The notes: a model not told the origin generated them from the letters alone. 53,720 nucleotides of DNA from a virus (IMGVR_UViG_3300025809_000027:1-53720); one strand, 5' to 3'; shown: positions 1 through 8,445, numbered from the stretch's first letter. A program made the numbers and translations.

Positions 1-48
1 AACAAAATAATATTTACATTAATTTACTAATAATCTCGTTTTATTTTG

Positions 49-56
49 TATATTTG
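49..56 (+). promoter_or_regulatory. Bacteroidetes -7 promoter element (TATATTTG) upstream of the HTH gene
   Basis: Matches TAnnTTTG 18 nt before ATG 75; also present in the second copy. Confidence 0.55.
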
Positions 57-74
57 CTTAAAATAAAGATATAA

Positions 75-344
75 ATGAGCTTATTAAGGTTAAATGAGAT
101 ATTAGATAAAGATTATACAGGCAGGGCATTGGCTAAAGAATTAGGGGTTACACCTAATACTGTGAGTAATTGGGTTAAAGGTTATTCTACGCCAAGCGGT
201 GACGACTTACTGAGAATCGCCAAAGTCCTAGACGTGGATGTAAGAGAGCTGTTCCACTCCACGAAAACAAAGGAAGCAGATGAGATTTTGAAACAAGCAA
301 TAAATGACCTGCAAGTGGTTTACTCTAAGATTAAAAAATATTGA
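75..344 (+). CDS. XRE/Cro-CI family HTH transcriptional regulator
   Basis: ALAKELGVTPNTVSNWVKG...LLRIAKVLDV is a classic HTH_3 pattern. Confidence 0.9.
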   Translation: MSLLRLNEILDKDYTGRALAKELGVTPNTVSNWVKGYSTPSGDDLLRIAKVLDVDVRELFHSTKTKEADEILKQAINDLQVVYSKIKKY

Positions 345-367
345 ATAACGTGATTAAAGAAATAACC

Positions 368-488
368 TAACGGTTTGTATATGAAATGTGCGACATTGAA
401 ATAAGAACTAACTAAATAAAAATACATTAATTATGAAATTAAAAATAGAAATCACAAAAAAGGAAAAGCATTTTTTATATACTTTGTT
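368..488. repeat. attC-like hairpin site A
   Basis: TAAC-GGTTT-GTATATGAAATGTGC ... GCATTTTTTATATAC-TTT-GTT; the loop contains ATG 433. Confidence 0.75.
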
Positions 489-648
489 ATGCTTTGTTTT
501 TTTAATATTAAACATGGCTTGCGGTATAATGATAGGTGTGGAAATATTTAAAGACACCAATAGCTTCGGATATAACGCAACCTTAGTATATACAGCTTTA
601 AGTTGCTTTTTCTATTATTATGTAATGTTTCAGCGAAATAAAGCATAA
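433..648 (+). CDS. Small two-TM membrane protein (cassette cargo)
   Basis: Two hydrophobic stretches; its stop TAA is the TAA of the TAAC in site B. Confidence 0.7.
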   Translation: MKLKIEITKKEKHFLYTLLCFVFLILNMACGIMIGVEIFKDTNSFGYNATLVYTALSCFFYYYVMFQRNKA

Positions 649-770
649 CGTTTATGGTATGGTGACGTTGCGACCTTACAGCATGGACTTAATTAATAAA
701 CATAAAACTTTGAGATATGAATAAAGACAATAAGAAAACAGAAACCGAGCAATGCACTATACCAAGTGTT
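646..770. repeat. attC-like hairpin site B
   Basis: TAAC-GTTTA-TGGTATGGTGACGTTGC ... GCAATGCACTATACCA-AGT-GTT; the loop contains ATG 717. Confidence 0.8.
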
Positions 771-998
771 AGCAGTAGTATTTCTCTATGGATGGAAGGA
801 TTCTCTGCTACAGGACAAAGACAAGGTGCAAGTATGATAGGAACTTACCAAGCGAAAAACCTTGATGATGCGGTTAAACAGTATATGGAAACCCATAAGG
901 GCGATGTTGATTGGGATAGGTTTGGCAGAGGCAGACACGCTATTTGGGCTTGTGAAATATTTGATAATGAAAAAGAAGCCCGTAAATCGTTTGGCTAA
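717..998 (+). CDS. Hypothetical protein (cassette cargo)
   Basis: 93 aa ORF; residues EQCTIPSVSSS are encoded by the right arm of site B. Confidence 0.75.
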   Translation: MNKDNKKTETEQCTIPSVSSSISLWMEGFSATGQRQGASMIGTYQAKNLDDAVKQYMETHKGDVDWDRFGRGRHAIWACEIFDNEKEARKSFG

Positions 999-1007
999 TA
1001 TTACTGC

Positions 1008-1046
1008 TAACTACCGTATATGCGTACTAAAAAGTGTCTTAACGGG
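1008..1046. other. Array-terminal half site (putative attI-like landing site)
   Basis: TAACTACCGTATA occurs four times; 1006-1046 is identical to 11596-11636. Confidence 0.6.
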
Positions 1047-1082
1047 CATATATGTCGGGATAATACAACTTTTACAGTATAT

Positions 1083-2222
1083 TTAAAAATCAGGACTCTG
1101 ATCTATAATCATCTTCCGATTCACTTCTTTAACAACAGTCGCATAACGCTTTGTCATCAATTCAGATTGATGCCCGTACAAGTCCCTCAGAGCTTCCAAA
1201 TCAATACCTGCCAAAATTTTCGCATTAGCTCCTGTATGTTTCATGGCGTATAAATTCACATTAATTCCTAAGTCTTTTTTTACCAGAGCATTCCAATTAC
1301 GATTAGAAGTATCACGCTTTAACATTCCAGAAGCAGGCAAAAACTCAATTCTATTACGCCCACGCTTTCCAGTTGGAATGCGTCCAAACAAATAAAAGTC
1401 TTCTGGATATTGACTTAAATCCATAGATTCAAACTCCTTCAGTAAATGGTGATTGATTGGAACTACTCTTTGTTTTTTACGTCCCTTCGTAATGTGAGCA
1501 GGCATTACAATAGTTTGGTTTTGAAGATCAATCATTCCCACTCTTAGCCGTGTCAACTCAACTGGTCTTATTCCTGTATGGAAAAGCGTCACCACAAATC
1601 TGTAAAATCCTAAATGTTTTTTTTGAAGGTGTTTTTTGATTCTCGTTATTTCGTTTGGAGTTGCTGGACGGTTGGCGGTGCTTTCTTGTTCTGGTAGTCT
1701 TTTGATTTTAAAACAAGGGTTGTTTTCAAGTAAATCCCACTGCATAAGCTCCGTGAAGATTGCAGACAAATACCCCAGATTCTTGTTGTAAGCTTTGCTA
1801 GACCAGTTCCTATCTTTTTTCATGCGCTCCATTACGAGCTTCACATGAAGCCGTCTAACGTCTTTAATATAAAGATTTGAAAGTCTTATGTCTTTGATGG
1901 CTTGAATTACAAAGCCTAAAGCATTACTATAATCGTGGAATGTTTTCTTTGCAATAAACTCTTTCTTTTTTTCTAAAGCGAAATTCAGAGCATCGATTAA
2001 AGTGTAATTAACTTCGGTCATGGGATTGTCGCTCGACCATCCAGAGGCTATATTTTTTTTAAAAGATTTAAGAAGTACGTTAGCGGCTGCCTGACGTTTT
2101 TTAAGGTTCTTAATCCTATTAAGGTTCCCTGTAAAGCGTCTTTGCTTCCCGTTAATTGAGAAGTAAACATACCATCTCGAAGATGATTTGCATAATTTCG
2201 GTGTTGTGATGTTTTGACTCAT
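1083..2222 (-). CDS. int: Phage tyrosine integrase 1
   Basis: TGIRPVEL (R), YAMKHTG, LYGHQS...RYA (H, Y) motifs; adjacent to an att region. Confidence 0.92.
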   Translation of the reverse strand: MSQNITTPKLCKSSSRWYVYFSINGKQRRFTGNLNRIKNLKKRQAAANVLLKSFKKNIASGWSSDNPMTEVNYTLIDALNFALEKKKEFIAKKTFHDYSNALGFVIQAIKDIRLSNLYIKDVRRLHVKLVMERMKKDRNWSSKAYNKNLGYLSAIFTELMQWDLLENNPCFKIKRLPEQESTANRPATPNEITRIKKHLQKKHLGFYRFVVTLFHTGIRPVELTRLRVGMIDLQNQTIVMPAHITKGRKKQRVVPINHHLLKEFESMDLSQYPEDFYLFGRIPTGKRGRNRIEFLPASGMLKRDTSNRNWNALVKKDLGINVNLYAMKHTGANAKILAGIDLEALRDLYGHQSELMTKRYATVVKEVNRKMIIDQSPDF

Positions 2223-2262
2223 TTAAATTAAATTAAATGCCTACAAGCGTGTCAATCATCAT

Positions 2263-2469
2263 AACCGTACATATTATGTACAGTTTGGATATAAACCCCT
2301 GATAAACAGGGGTGTATAAACCAAAGCGGAGAGTAAGGGAGTGTCTTTTTTAGAAACTCAAAAACTCAACTGATTGAATTGCAATGTTTTACATTTTGCG
2401 TTAGTATTCGTTTTTTGCTATTTTTGGCGTAATTATGTACAGTTTTTATGTACAGTTTTTATGTACCAG
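2263..2469. other. attP-like region 1: core 2326-2340 flanked by TTATGTACAGTTT arm-type repeats
   Basis: Arm repeats at 2263-2273 (inverted), 2274-2286, 2433-2445, 2446-2458 and 2459-2469 lie on both sides of a tRNA-like core. Confidence 0.75.
2326..2340 (-). other. tRNA 3'-end fragment (tRNA-Ser-like), att core; not a full tRNA
   Basis: The reverse complement TCCCTTACTCTCCGC fits a T-stem 3' strand, acceptor 3' strand and G discriminator. Confidence 0.6.
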
Positions 2470-2471
2470 AT

Positions 2472-2597
2472 TTAAACCATTTTTTTAATTAATGGAATAC
2501 CTTCTTTTAATCCACCAATGGTTATATCCAAGTCTTCAATACGACATCTTAGCTTATCGATTGCTTCGATTAACTCGTTTAATTTTTCTTCATTCAT
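2472..2597 (-). CDS. 41 aa hypothetical protein (not in the ORF track)
   Basis: MNEEKLNELIEAIDKLRCRIEDLDITIGGLKEGIPLIKKMV; preceded by the shared AAAACCCTACTTATT leader. Confidence 0.55.
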   Translation of the reverse strand: MNEEKLNELIEAIDKLRCRIEDLDITIGGLKEGIPLIKKMV

Positions 2598-2657
2598 AAT
2601 AAGTAGGGTTTTAAGGGTTTTTAATTTAGGTTTATGTAGTTATTAAATTTTTTAAGA

Positions 2658-2825
2658 TTAATCTAGCTGACTAGCAATTGCAATCAAAGATCCAATAACA
2701 GAAAGCCAACAAACTATTTGCACCCACGTACTTGTAATAGATGCTGATTTTGATGCTGATTTTAGGTAGCGATAGATTCCTTCCTGTAATTCTCTATCGG
2801 AGAGTTCGGGTATTTTCTTTGTCAT
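2658..2825 (-). CDS. 55 aa protein with a C-terminal TM helix (not in the ORF track)
   Basis: MTKKIPELSDRELQEGIYRYLKSASKSASITSTWVQIVCWLSVIGSLIAIASQLD; has the shared leader. Confidence 0.6.
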   Translation of the reverse strand: MTKKIPELSDRELQEGIYRYLKSASKSASITSTWVQIVCWLSVIGSLIAIASQLD

Positions 2826-2877
2826 AATAGTAGGTTTTAGGTTTATGGTTTAGTTTAAATAGATCGGGGCAAGATTC

Positions 2878-2906
2878 TAAAGTGGTCAAATTCGACCACT
2901 TTAAAA
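2878..2906. repeat. Near-perfect palindrome TAAAGTGGTCAAATTCGACCACTTTAAAA, copy 1
   Basis: Identical 29-mer at 12740-12768. Confidence 0.8.
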
Positions 2907-2919
2907 TCTATGTATGATA

Positions 2920-3402
2920 TTAAAGACAGTAAGTTTTATAACTAACTATTCCAGAAGACGCAATATTAATTTTTCTTGCATAAGTTTTAAAGGTAAAACT
3001 ATAGATGTTTCCATCATAAAGATTTTCTATATAAGCAAATACGCTCCTGTCATAATCATAATTAGTTATCAATTTTACAAATTCATTTTTCTTCACAATA
3101 TCAATAATACCATTTTCTATGTAATGAAACCTCCAAGACTTATCTTTTTGGCTATTTTTCTCTCGGGTGATTAATTCACCTGTATTTCCTTCTTTTGTTT
3201 TTAGGATGTTATTCCCATTGACATCTCTAAAGTAAATACCTAATGTTTTGTTGTTTAAAACGATTGTTACAATTAAAGGGTGCTTGTCTTTATTTAAGTC
3301 TAAGTAATTGCCTTCAGTTTTGTAAATATGTTGTTTTGAGTTGGTTTTTTTTTCGTCTTGATCTGTTAGACTGGTTTCAGTCCATTCGTTTAAATTAATC
3401 AT
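2920..3402 (-). CDS. Hypothetical accessory protein in the immunity region
   Basis: 160 aa ORF co-oriented with the repressor and integrase. Confidence 0.7.
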   Translation of the reverse strand: MINLNEWTETSLTDQDEKKTNSKQHIYKTEGNYLDLNKDKHPLIVTIVLNNKTLGIYFRDVNGNNILKTKEGNTGELITREKNSQKDKSWRFHYIENGIIDIVKKNEFVKLITNYDYDRSVFAYIENLYDGNIYSFTFKTYARKINIASSGIVSYKTYCL

Positions 3403-3423
3403 AATAAGTAGGTTTTAAGGGTT

Positions 3424-3801
3424 TTAAATTATAGGGATTATTAAGTTTTTGTTTTTATCTAGTCTAAGTTCCATGATGCTGAGTCGTGCTTCTTGACCTT
3501 TAATAAGTTGTTCTAAAAGCTCAACTCTTTTTAATAGTAAACTATCAATAGGCGTTTCTTTTGGTTTAACAAGCATCGTTCCTTTGCCTGTTAGAATCCA
3601 TTCATAACTGATCTCGGGGTATCTGTTTGTTATTTTTCTAGCAAGTCCTGCTGAAATTCCATTGCGACCGTTTATGACGTTATCTATCATTGTGCCACTT
3701 GTGTGTCCTATTGACATACCAAAAGCCCTTCTACTCAATTTAGCATGAGATATAATGGCTAGCATTATTTCTGGGAAACTTTTTTCTTCTTGATTTTTCA
3801 T
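3424..3801 (-). CDS. CI-like phage repressor (HTH, no S24 peptidase domain)
   Basis: HTH followed by YPEISYEWILTGKG, typical of Bacteroidetes prophage repressors; divergent from the early operon. Confidence 0.8.
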   Translation of the reverse strand: MKNQEEKSFPEIMLAIISHAKLSRRAFGMSIGHTSGTMIDNVINGRNGISAGLARKITNRYPEISYEWILTGKGTMLVKPKETPIDSLLLKRVELLEQLIKGQEARLSIMELRLDKNKNLIIPII

Positions 3802-3957
3802 TTTTTAAATTTGTTTAAGTTATTGATAAACAGGGGTTTATTAATCCTTTAACAAAATTTTATATTTTTTTTAACAAATTAGTTTGTCAAAAGATGTTAT
3901 TTGATGTTATTAATTGTTACATTTGTAATGTAAAACTTTTATAACCGTAAATATAAC
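3802..3957. promoter_or_regulatory. Divergent lysis/lysogeny switch region with TAACA/TGTTA repeats and a TACATTTG -7 box
   Basis: TTTAACAAA twice, GATGTTATT twice, TACATTTG at 3918-3925. Confidence 0.6.
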
Positions 3958-4290
3958 ATGAAAACCGAGACCTACAATAAAATTTTAGAAAAAATCAAGT
4001 GCGACGAGTCAACCGAACAGTTAATCGGATTTAACGGCAGTTTAGGGAGTTATGAAATTAATTTCTATGCAGAACAAGAAAACGGATACAAGCTTCAGGT
4101 TGATTCTTTCGGATATAAATCTAAAAGCGGTTGGATTCAGCAAGAACCAACAACCGAGCAAATAGAGCTTATGGAAAAGAAAATTCAAAACGCAGTTGAC
4201 TGCATCCAAAGTGAACCAAAAGAATTAGAGTCTACAAGCCTTAGAAATCTTTACCAAGAAAACGGAGTATCACCACTAATGTTTATTTAA
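3958..4290 (+). CDS. Hypothetical early protein
   Basis: First ORF of the rightward operon. Confidence 0.7.
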   Translation: MKTETYNKILEKIKCDESTEQLIGFNGSLGSYEINFYAEQENGYKLQVDSFGYKSKSGWIQQEPTTEQIELMEKKIQNAVDCIQSEPKELESTSLRNLYQENGVSPLMFI

Positions 4291-4301
4291 AAAATTTAAC
4301 A

Positions 4302-4586
4302 ATGCCACAAATCGGAGAACCAATTACCAAAGAGCAAAAAGACCTTTTGAATAGGCTTTTAACAACCCAAGACTTAATAGACGTGTCTACAACTGTTGAT
4401 GCCAGCTACTCAACAGTCAAGAGTCTATTTTACCGCACAGCATCTGTTACGGAAGAAAACCAACAAGCCGTTTATAAAATGATTAGCCGTGCTTTTCAGA
4501 AAGCAGAAGAATCTCTAGTGTATTTCACTAAAGCAAAATCTGAATTAGAAGCTATGCTTCCAAAGGTTCAAAACAAAACAGCATAA
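4302..4586 (+). CDS. Possible Cro-like HTH protein
   Basis: Helical pattern DLIDVSTTVDASYSTVKSLF and position near the switch. Confidence 0.45.
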   Translation: MPQIGEPITKEQKDLLNRLLTTQDLIDVSTTVDASYSTVKSLFYRTASVTEENQQAVYKMISRAFQKAEESLVYFTKAKSELEAMLPKVQNKTA

Positions 4587-4595
4587 CCAAACGGT

Positions 4596-4850
4596 ATGAC
4601 CGACACCATAACCATACCGACAGAATTACTAAAAGATATAGTTGATGTAAACAATCGACTAGTCGAACATTACAACCGCCTACAAGCGTGTTCAAATCGA
4701 AGTCCCGAAGTTAAGGGGTCGGGAACTTCACTTAAGGGGGGTAAGGATAGACCAAGCCTCCCTTCTAAAAAAGTAATCCTTGAAAACAGAACTAAAAAAT
4801 ACGTAGAAAAAAAACTAAAAGAAATTCAATCTAAAAGAAATTCAATCTAA
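4596..4850 (+). CDS. Hypothetical protein
   Basis: ORF in operon; its 3' end lies within the tandem repeat. Confidence 0.6.
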   Translation: MTDTITIPTELLKDIVDVNNRLVEHYNRLQACSNRSPEVKGSGTSLKGGKDRPSLPSKKVILENRTKKYVEKKLKEIQSKRNSI

Positions 4851-4894
4851 AAGAAATTCAATCTAAAAGAAATTCAATCTAAAAGAAATTCAAT
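4815..4894 (+). repeat. Perfect tandem repeat, 5 x CTAAAAGAAATTCAAT (16 bp)
   Basis: Counted directly. Confidence 0.95.
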
Positions 4895-4920
4895 TATGAA
4901 CCCAAAAAAACCCAACAATT

Positions 4921-5346
4921 ATGAATCCAGAAATTAAACAAAAACTAGAAGAATTAACTGATTTAATATTGAAATCCACCAAAGGAGATCAAAACAATGT
5001 AGATGCTACAATCAAAGGAAATCAATACAATCAAGGTGTTACAATCGGAGGATGGCAAGACAATGTAGATGCTACAATCAAAGGAATTCAAGACAATGTA
5101 GGTGCTACAATCGAAGGAAGTCAAAACAATCAAGGTGTTACAATCGGAGGATGGCAAGACAATGTAGATGCTACAATCAAAGAAAGTCAAGACAATAGAA
5201 GCGCTACAATCAAAGGAAGTCAAAACAATCAAGGTGCTACAATCGAAGGAAAAATGATTATAGATTCCAAAACAAATTTTAAAAAAGGTATTTGGAAAGT
5301 TGAAAAAACAGGGTTGGTTGAATATGAATTAACTCCTAAAAAATAA
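4921..5346 (+). CDS. Protein with 8 x 11-aa repeats (probable beta-solenoid)
   Basis: GxQxNxxATI[KEG] repeated eight times. Confidence 0.75.
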   Translation: MNPEIKQKLEELTDLILKSTKGDQNNVDATIKGNQYNQGVTIGGWQDNVDATIKGIQDNVGATIEGSQNNQGVTIGGWQDNVDATIKESQDNRSATIKGSQNNQGATIEGKMIIDSKTNFKKGIWKVEKTGLVEYELTPKK

Positions 5347-5351
5347 ACATT

Positions 5352-5702
5352 ATGAACCCAACAACCCAACTTAAACCAATCACCGCAGAAGGTGAGAAAG
5401 AATTTCTAACTGAATTAAGCCTTTCAGATGTGTATGTAAGCACAGAAGACAGGCGAGCAACTGTAACAACATTATGGCGGTATGACATCGAGCGAAAGTC
5501 AAAGTACATAAATTTCAATGTTTACACCAAACAGGCTAGAATCACCCTTTACAATGACGAAGGCAAAGAGCTAGGTGTCTATGATACTCTTGTGAATGAC
5601 GAATGGACTGTTGAAGACAAGGGAATTAATTTAAACGACACAATAATCCCTCAATATGCAGAGGTGGACTTAGAAGATAAATCAATAATCATTAACTGGT
5701 AA
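5352..5702 (+). CDS. Hypothetical protein
   Basis: ORF in operon. Confidence 0.7.
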   Translation: MNPTTQLKPITAEGEKEFLTELSLSDVYVSTEDRRATVTTLWRYDIERKSKYINFNVYTKQARITLYNDEGKELGVYDTLVNDEWTVEDKGINLNDTIIPQYAEVDLEDKSIIINW

Positions 5703-5763
5703 CTTAACTAACCAACCCCACTAATTAAGAAAATCAACAAAAACTTAAATAAACCCAACAATT

Positions 5764-6282
5764 ATGAACCCAACAATTCATTATTTAAAAGCTCGTAACA
5801 GCGACTTCCTTGCTAGTACAGACTTAGAAGTCTTTGAGCTTGAAGGAAAATCAAAAATATTAACAGTTAAAAACGTTGAGTACAAGGAAAATTTCAAGGT
5901 CAACGGAAGGATCAAACCCAAAGGCGTGGTGATGTACTTTGAAGAGATTTATGCAAAACCTTTAATCGTGAACACAACCAATTCCACTTTAATAAAAGAA
6001 GCGACAGGTGTTATTGACGCTAAAAAATGGATAGGTTTTTCGGTAGAATTTAGATTTGATGATAAAGTAGAAATGAAAATCAGCAAAACCGAAACCAGAA
6101 AGGGCGGCATTAGAATTAAGAGTGTAAACACAAACGGACTTGCAGCCCCTTTAACAGACGTTAAAACACGAATAGATCAATGTACCAAGAAAGTTGAAGT
6201 CATGGCTATATGGCAAGAATTAACGGAGCAGGAACAAGCCCAGCATAAGCTTCAGATTTCTGAAAAACATAAAACACTTTAA
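5764..6282 (+). CDS. Phage protein, possibly ssDNA annealing/binding partner of the exonuclease
   Basis: KPLIVNTTN...KWIG motif; lies directly upstream of the exonuclease and SSB-like genes. Confidence 0.45.
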   Translation: MNPTIHYLKARNSDFLASTDLEVFELEGKSKILTVKNVEYKENFKVNGRIKPKGVVMYFEEIYAKPLIVNTTNSTLIKEATGVIDAKKWIGFSVEFRFDDKVEMKISKTETRKGGIRIKSVNTNGLAAPLTDVKTRIDQCTKKVEVMAIWQELTEQEQAQHKLQISEKHKTL

Positions 6283-6284
6283 TT

Positions 6285-7196
6285 ATGGATTTTTCAAACT
6301 ACCTGTTTCGAGCCCACATGGTTGGCAAGATTATAACCGTGCCCAAGCCACTAACCGAAAACCAAACAAAGACCTTAGAGTCTTTTAAATTAAAGGGATA
6401 CCCAAATATAACGGACAAACAAAAAGAAACCTTTGTAAGCCTTGAAAACAAGCTGATTGAAAGTAAGAAATTCAAACTTACAGATGCGAACAAAAAGACA
6501 TTATCGGGATTAGTTTACGCTACAAAATACGGTAGAAGGACTGAAATAAATTCTGATAAAATAACCAAAGGTTTGACCGTTGAAAAGGACTGTCGAGACA
6601 TTCTGTCGAGAGTTTCAAATTTGTTCTTGACTCACTCGACTGAAAGGAAAACAAATGAATGGGTGAGTGGTGCAATTGACATGGAGCCAAGCGAAGTAAT
6701 TGTAGATATAAAGTCCTCGTGGAGTTGGGAATCATACTCTAAAATACTTGAAGATAGCGCAAATGAAATCTATCTAAGACAACTAGATTCATACATGGAT
6801 TTATGGGCTAAAAAAGATTCTTTGCTTTGCCATATACTAACAGACACGCCTTTTAAATTGGTAGAAAAAGAAATAAAAAGCCTTGACTACAAGTACAACA
6901 TTCTAAACATGGAAGGTGATGTAAGAGACGAAAACATTGAAGATGTTGTAAAGGTCGTTACAAATCATATTTTTTCAAGAAAAGGTTTGGAGGAATTCTG
7001 TCAGCACTCAACCAACGTGCATATTGAATGGTTCAAGGACTTTATCGAAATCCCAGAACAGGACAGGGTTCACATGATACCACACGCTTACGACCAAGAA
7101 AGGATTGAGCAAAGAAACAAAAGCATAATCCTTTCACGAGAGTACATGAACACAGTAAAATCAATCAATAATTTTAATCCTAAATTAATCAAATAA
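6285..7196 (+). CDS. YqaJ/lambda-exo-like PD-(D/E)XK exonuclease
   Basis: KGLTVE...SGAID...IVDIKSSW...YLRQLDSYM motifs. Confidence 0.75.
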   Translation: MDFSNYLFRAHMVGKIITVPKPLTENQTKTLESFKLKGYPNITDKQKETFVSLENKLIESKKFKLTDANKKTLSGLVYATKYGRRTEINSDKITKGLTVEKDCRDILSRVSNLFLTHSTERKTNEWVSGAIDMEPSEVIVDIKSSWSWESYSKILEDSANEIYLRQLDSYMDLWAKKDSLLCHILTDTPFKLVEKEIKSLDYKYNILNMEGDVRDENIEDVVKVVTNHIFSRKGLEEFCQHSTNVHIEWFKDFIEIPEQDRVHMIPHAYDQERIEQRNKSIILSREYMNTVKSINNFNPKLIK

Positions 7197-7198
7197 CA

Positions 7199-7564
7199 AT
7201 GAAAATACAAGGCAAAGTAAAAGTAATCGGACAAGTACAAGAAATCGGATCAAAAGGATTCAAGAAACGTGAGTTAGTTATAACCGTTCCAGACGAGAAA
7301 TACCCTCAACACATTCTGGTGGAGTTTATTCAAGACAAAACAAGTCTTCTAAACGATATAATCGTTGGTCAAAACATAACCGTACACATCAACATCAACG
7401 GTCGAGAATGGATCAACCCACAAGGCGAAGCGAAGTATTTTAATGCGATTCAAGGATGGAAAATAGAAATAGACCCAAAGTCTGAGATTCCTGAAGCACC
7501 ATTTGAAGCTGCAACAGATTTGACAGTAGGCGAGCCAAACGATTTACCATTTTATAACCTATGA
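7199..7564 (+). CDS. DUF3127 family OB-fold protein (SSB-like)
   Basis: GFKKRELVI...YPQHILVEFIQDK...NINGREW...YFNAIQGWKI with an acidic DLPF tail. Confidence 0.85.
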   Translation: MKIQGKVKVIGQVQEIGSKGFKKRELVITVPDEKYPQHILVEFIQDKTSLLNDIIVGQNITVHININGREWINPQGEAKYFNAIQGWKIEIDPKSEIPEAPFEAATDLTVGEPNDLPFYNL

Positions 7565-8043
7565 AGACACTTCATTTAACTTTAAAAAAACAATGGTTCG
7601 ACATGACTAAATCAGGTATAAAAACCGAAGATTATAGAGATGTTAATAAGTATTGGTTTAAGAGACTTATTTTTAAATGGCGTGATGTGATGCTTTTTCA
7701 CGGATATAACGATCTAACTGACGAAATCGCTATATATATTATTGAAAACTCCAAGATGTATGGGTTTAAGCCTTTTAAAAGTAACATAATGACTTTGGGC
7801 TATGCAAAAAAAGGAGACAAAGAAAGGACTTTAGAATTAGAGCATAAGGGCATTGAAGTAGGGACAGGCAACCCTGAATGGGGCGCAGAGCCAAACAAGA
7901 TGTACTTTGTTATCAAGCACGGGAAAATAATAAACACGGACTTGCAAGAAGCAATTAAAAAAGCCAAACCAAATTTGGATAAAATAAAAGATGTTGACAA
8001 GCATCTTGATGAAATTAGAAACAGTAGAATAAAAACAATTTAA
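7561..8043 (+). CDS. ASCH domain protein
   Basis: TLHLTLKKQWFDMTKSGIKTEDYR is the ASCH GxKxxExR signature. Confidence 0.8.
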   Translation: MKTLHLTLKKQWFDMTKSGIKTEDYRDVNKYWFKRLIFKWRDVMLFHGYNDLTDEIAIYIIENSKMYGFKPFKSNIMTLGYAKKGDKERTLELEHKGIEVGTGNPEWGAEPNKMYFVIKHGKIINTDLQEAIKKAKPNLDKIKDVDKHLDEIRNSRIKTI

Positions 8044-8054
8044 AACCTAATCCT

Positions 8055-8378
8055 ATGCAAGCAGAAATCGACTTTACACACCAAAGAGACTTATCAAGAG
8101 GTAGGCATAATGAGAACTCAATAATTGCTCATGAACGATTAAAGCCGTTTAAAGAAACTATGAGAAAACAAGTAGAACAATGTGTAGATGGGCATAGATG
8201 TACACTGGAGATTGCTGAGATGTTAGATAAACATCTCCATAAAATAAGCGGTCGATTCACTGCTTTAAAAGCGTCAGGAGTTATCGAGCAAACGGGACGT
8301 AAAAAATATAAAGGAAGTACATATACAATATATAGTAAAGCAAACACCAGTAGATACTTGCTGTTGGGGCAGGAGTGA
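8055..8378 (+). CDS. Winged-helix DNA-binding protein
   Basis: TLEIAEML...ISGRFTALKASGVIEQTGRK. Confidence 0.65.
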   Translation: MQAEIDFTHQRDLSRGRHNENSIIAHERLKPFKETMRKQVEQCVDGHRCTLEIAEMLDKHLHKISGRFTALKASGVIEQTGRKKYKGSTYTIYSKANTSRYLLLGQE

Positions 8379-8445
8379 AAAATAGGTAAAGTTGGTTTTT
8401 TGGTCTCAAGGTACAGGTTATAGCCTCCCTGTACCGTGCCAAAAA

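Noticed and set aside
862-1253. ORFs 862-1086 and 1020-1253
   Set aside because: They overlap a better ORF, the half site and the antisense integrase; likely spurious.
1083-2222. Integrase 1 (or 2) as the integron integrase for the cassettes
   Set aside because: Each has its own tRNA-type attP with arm repeats, points its 3' end toward the array, and shows no recognisable IntI-specific insertion. A profile search is still needed to exclude it fully.
2326-2340. Functional tRNA gene
   Set aside because: Only 15 nt of a 3' end is present; 52166-52208 likewise lacks the 5' half.
4815-4894. CRISPR array
   Set aside because: The repeats are head-to-tail with no spacers, and no cas genes are present.
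8345-8440. Possible small structured RNA (GGTACAGG...CCTGTACC hairpin)
   Set aside because: A single short stem with no recognisable family; not enough to call.
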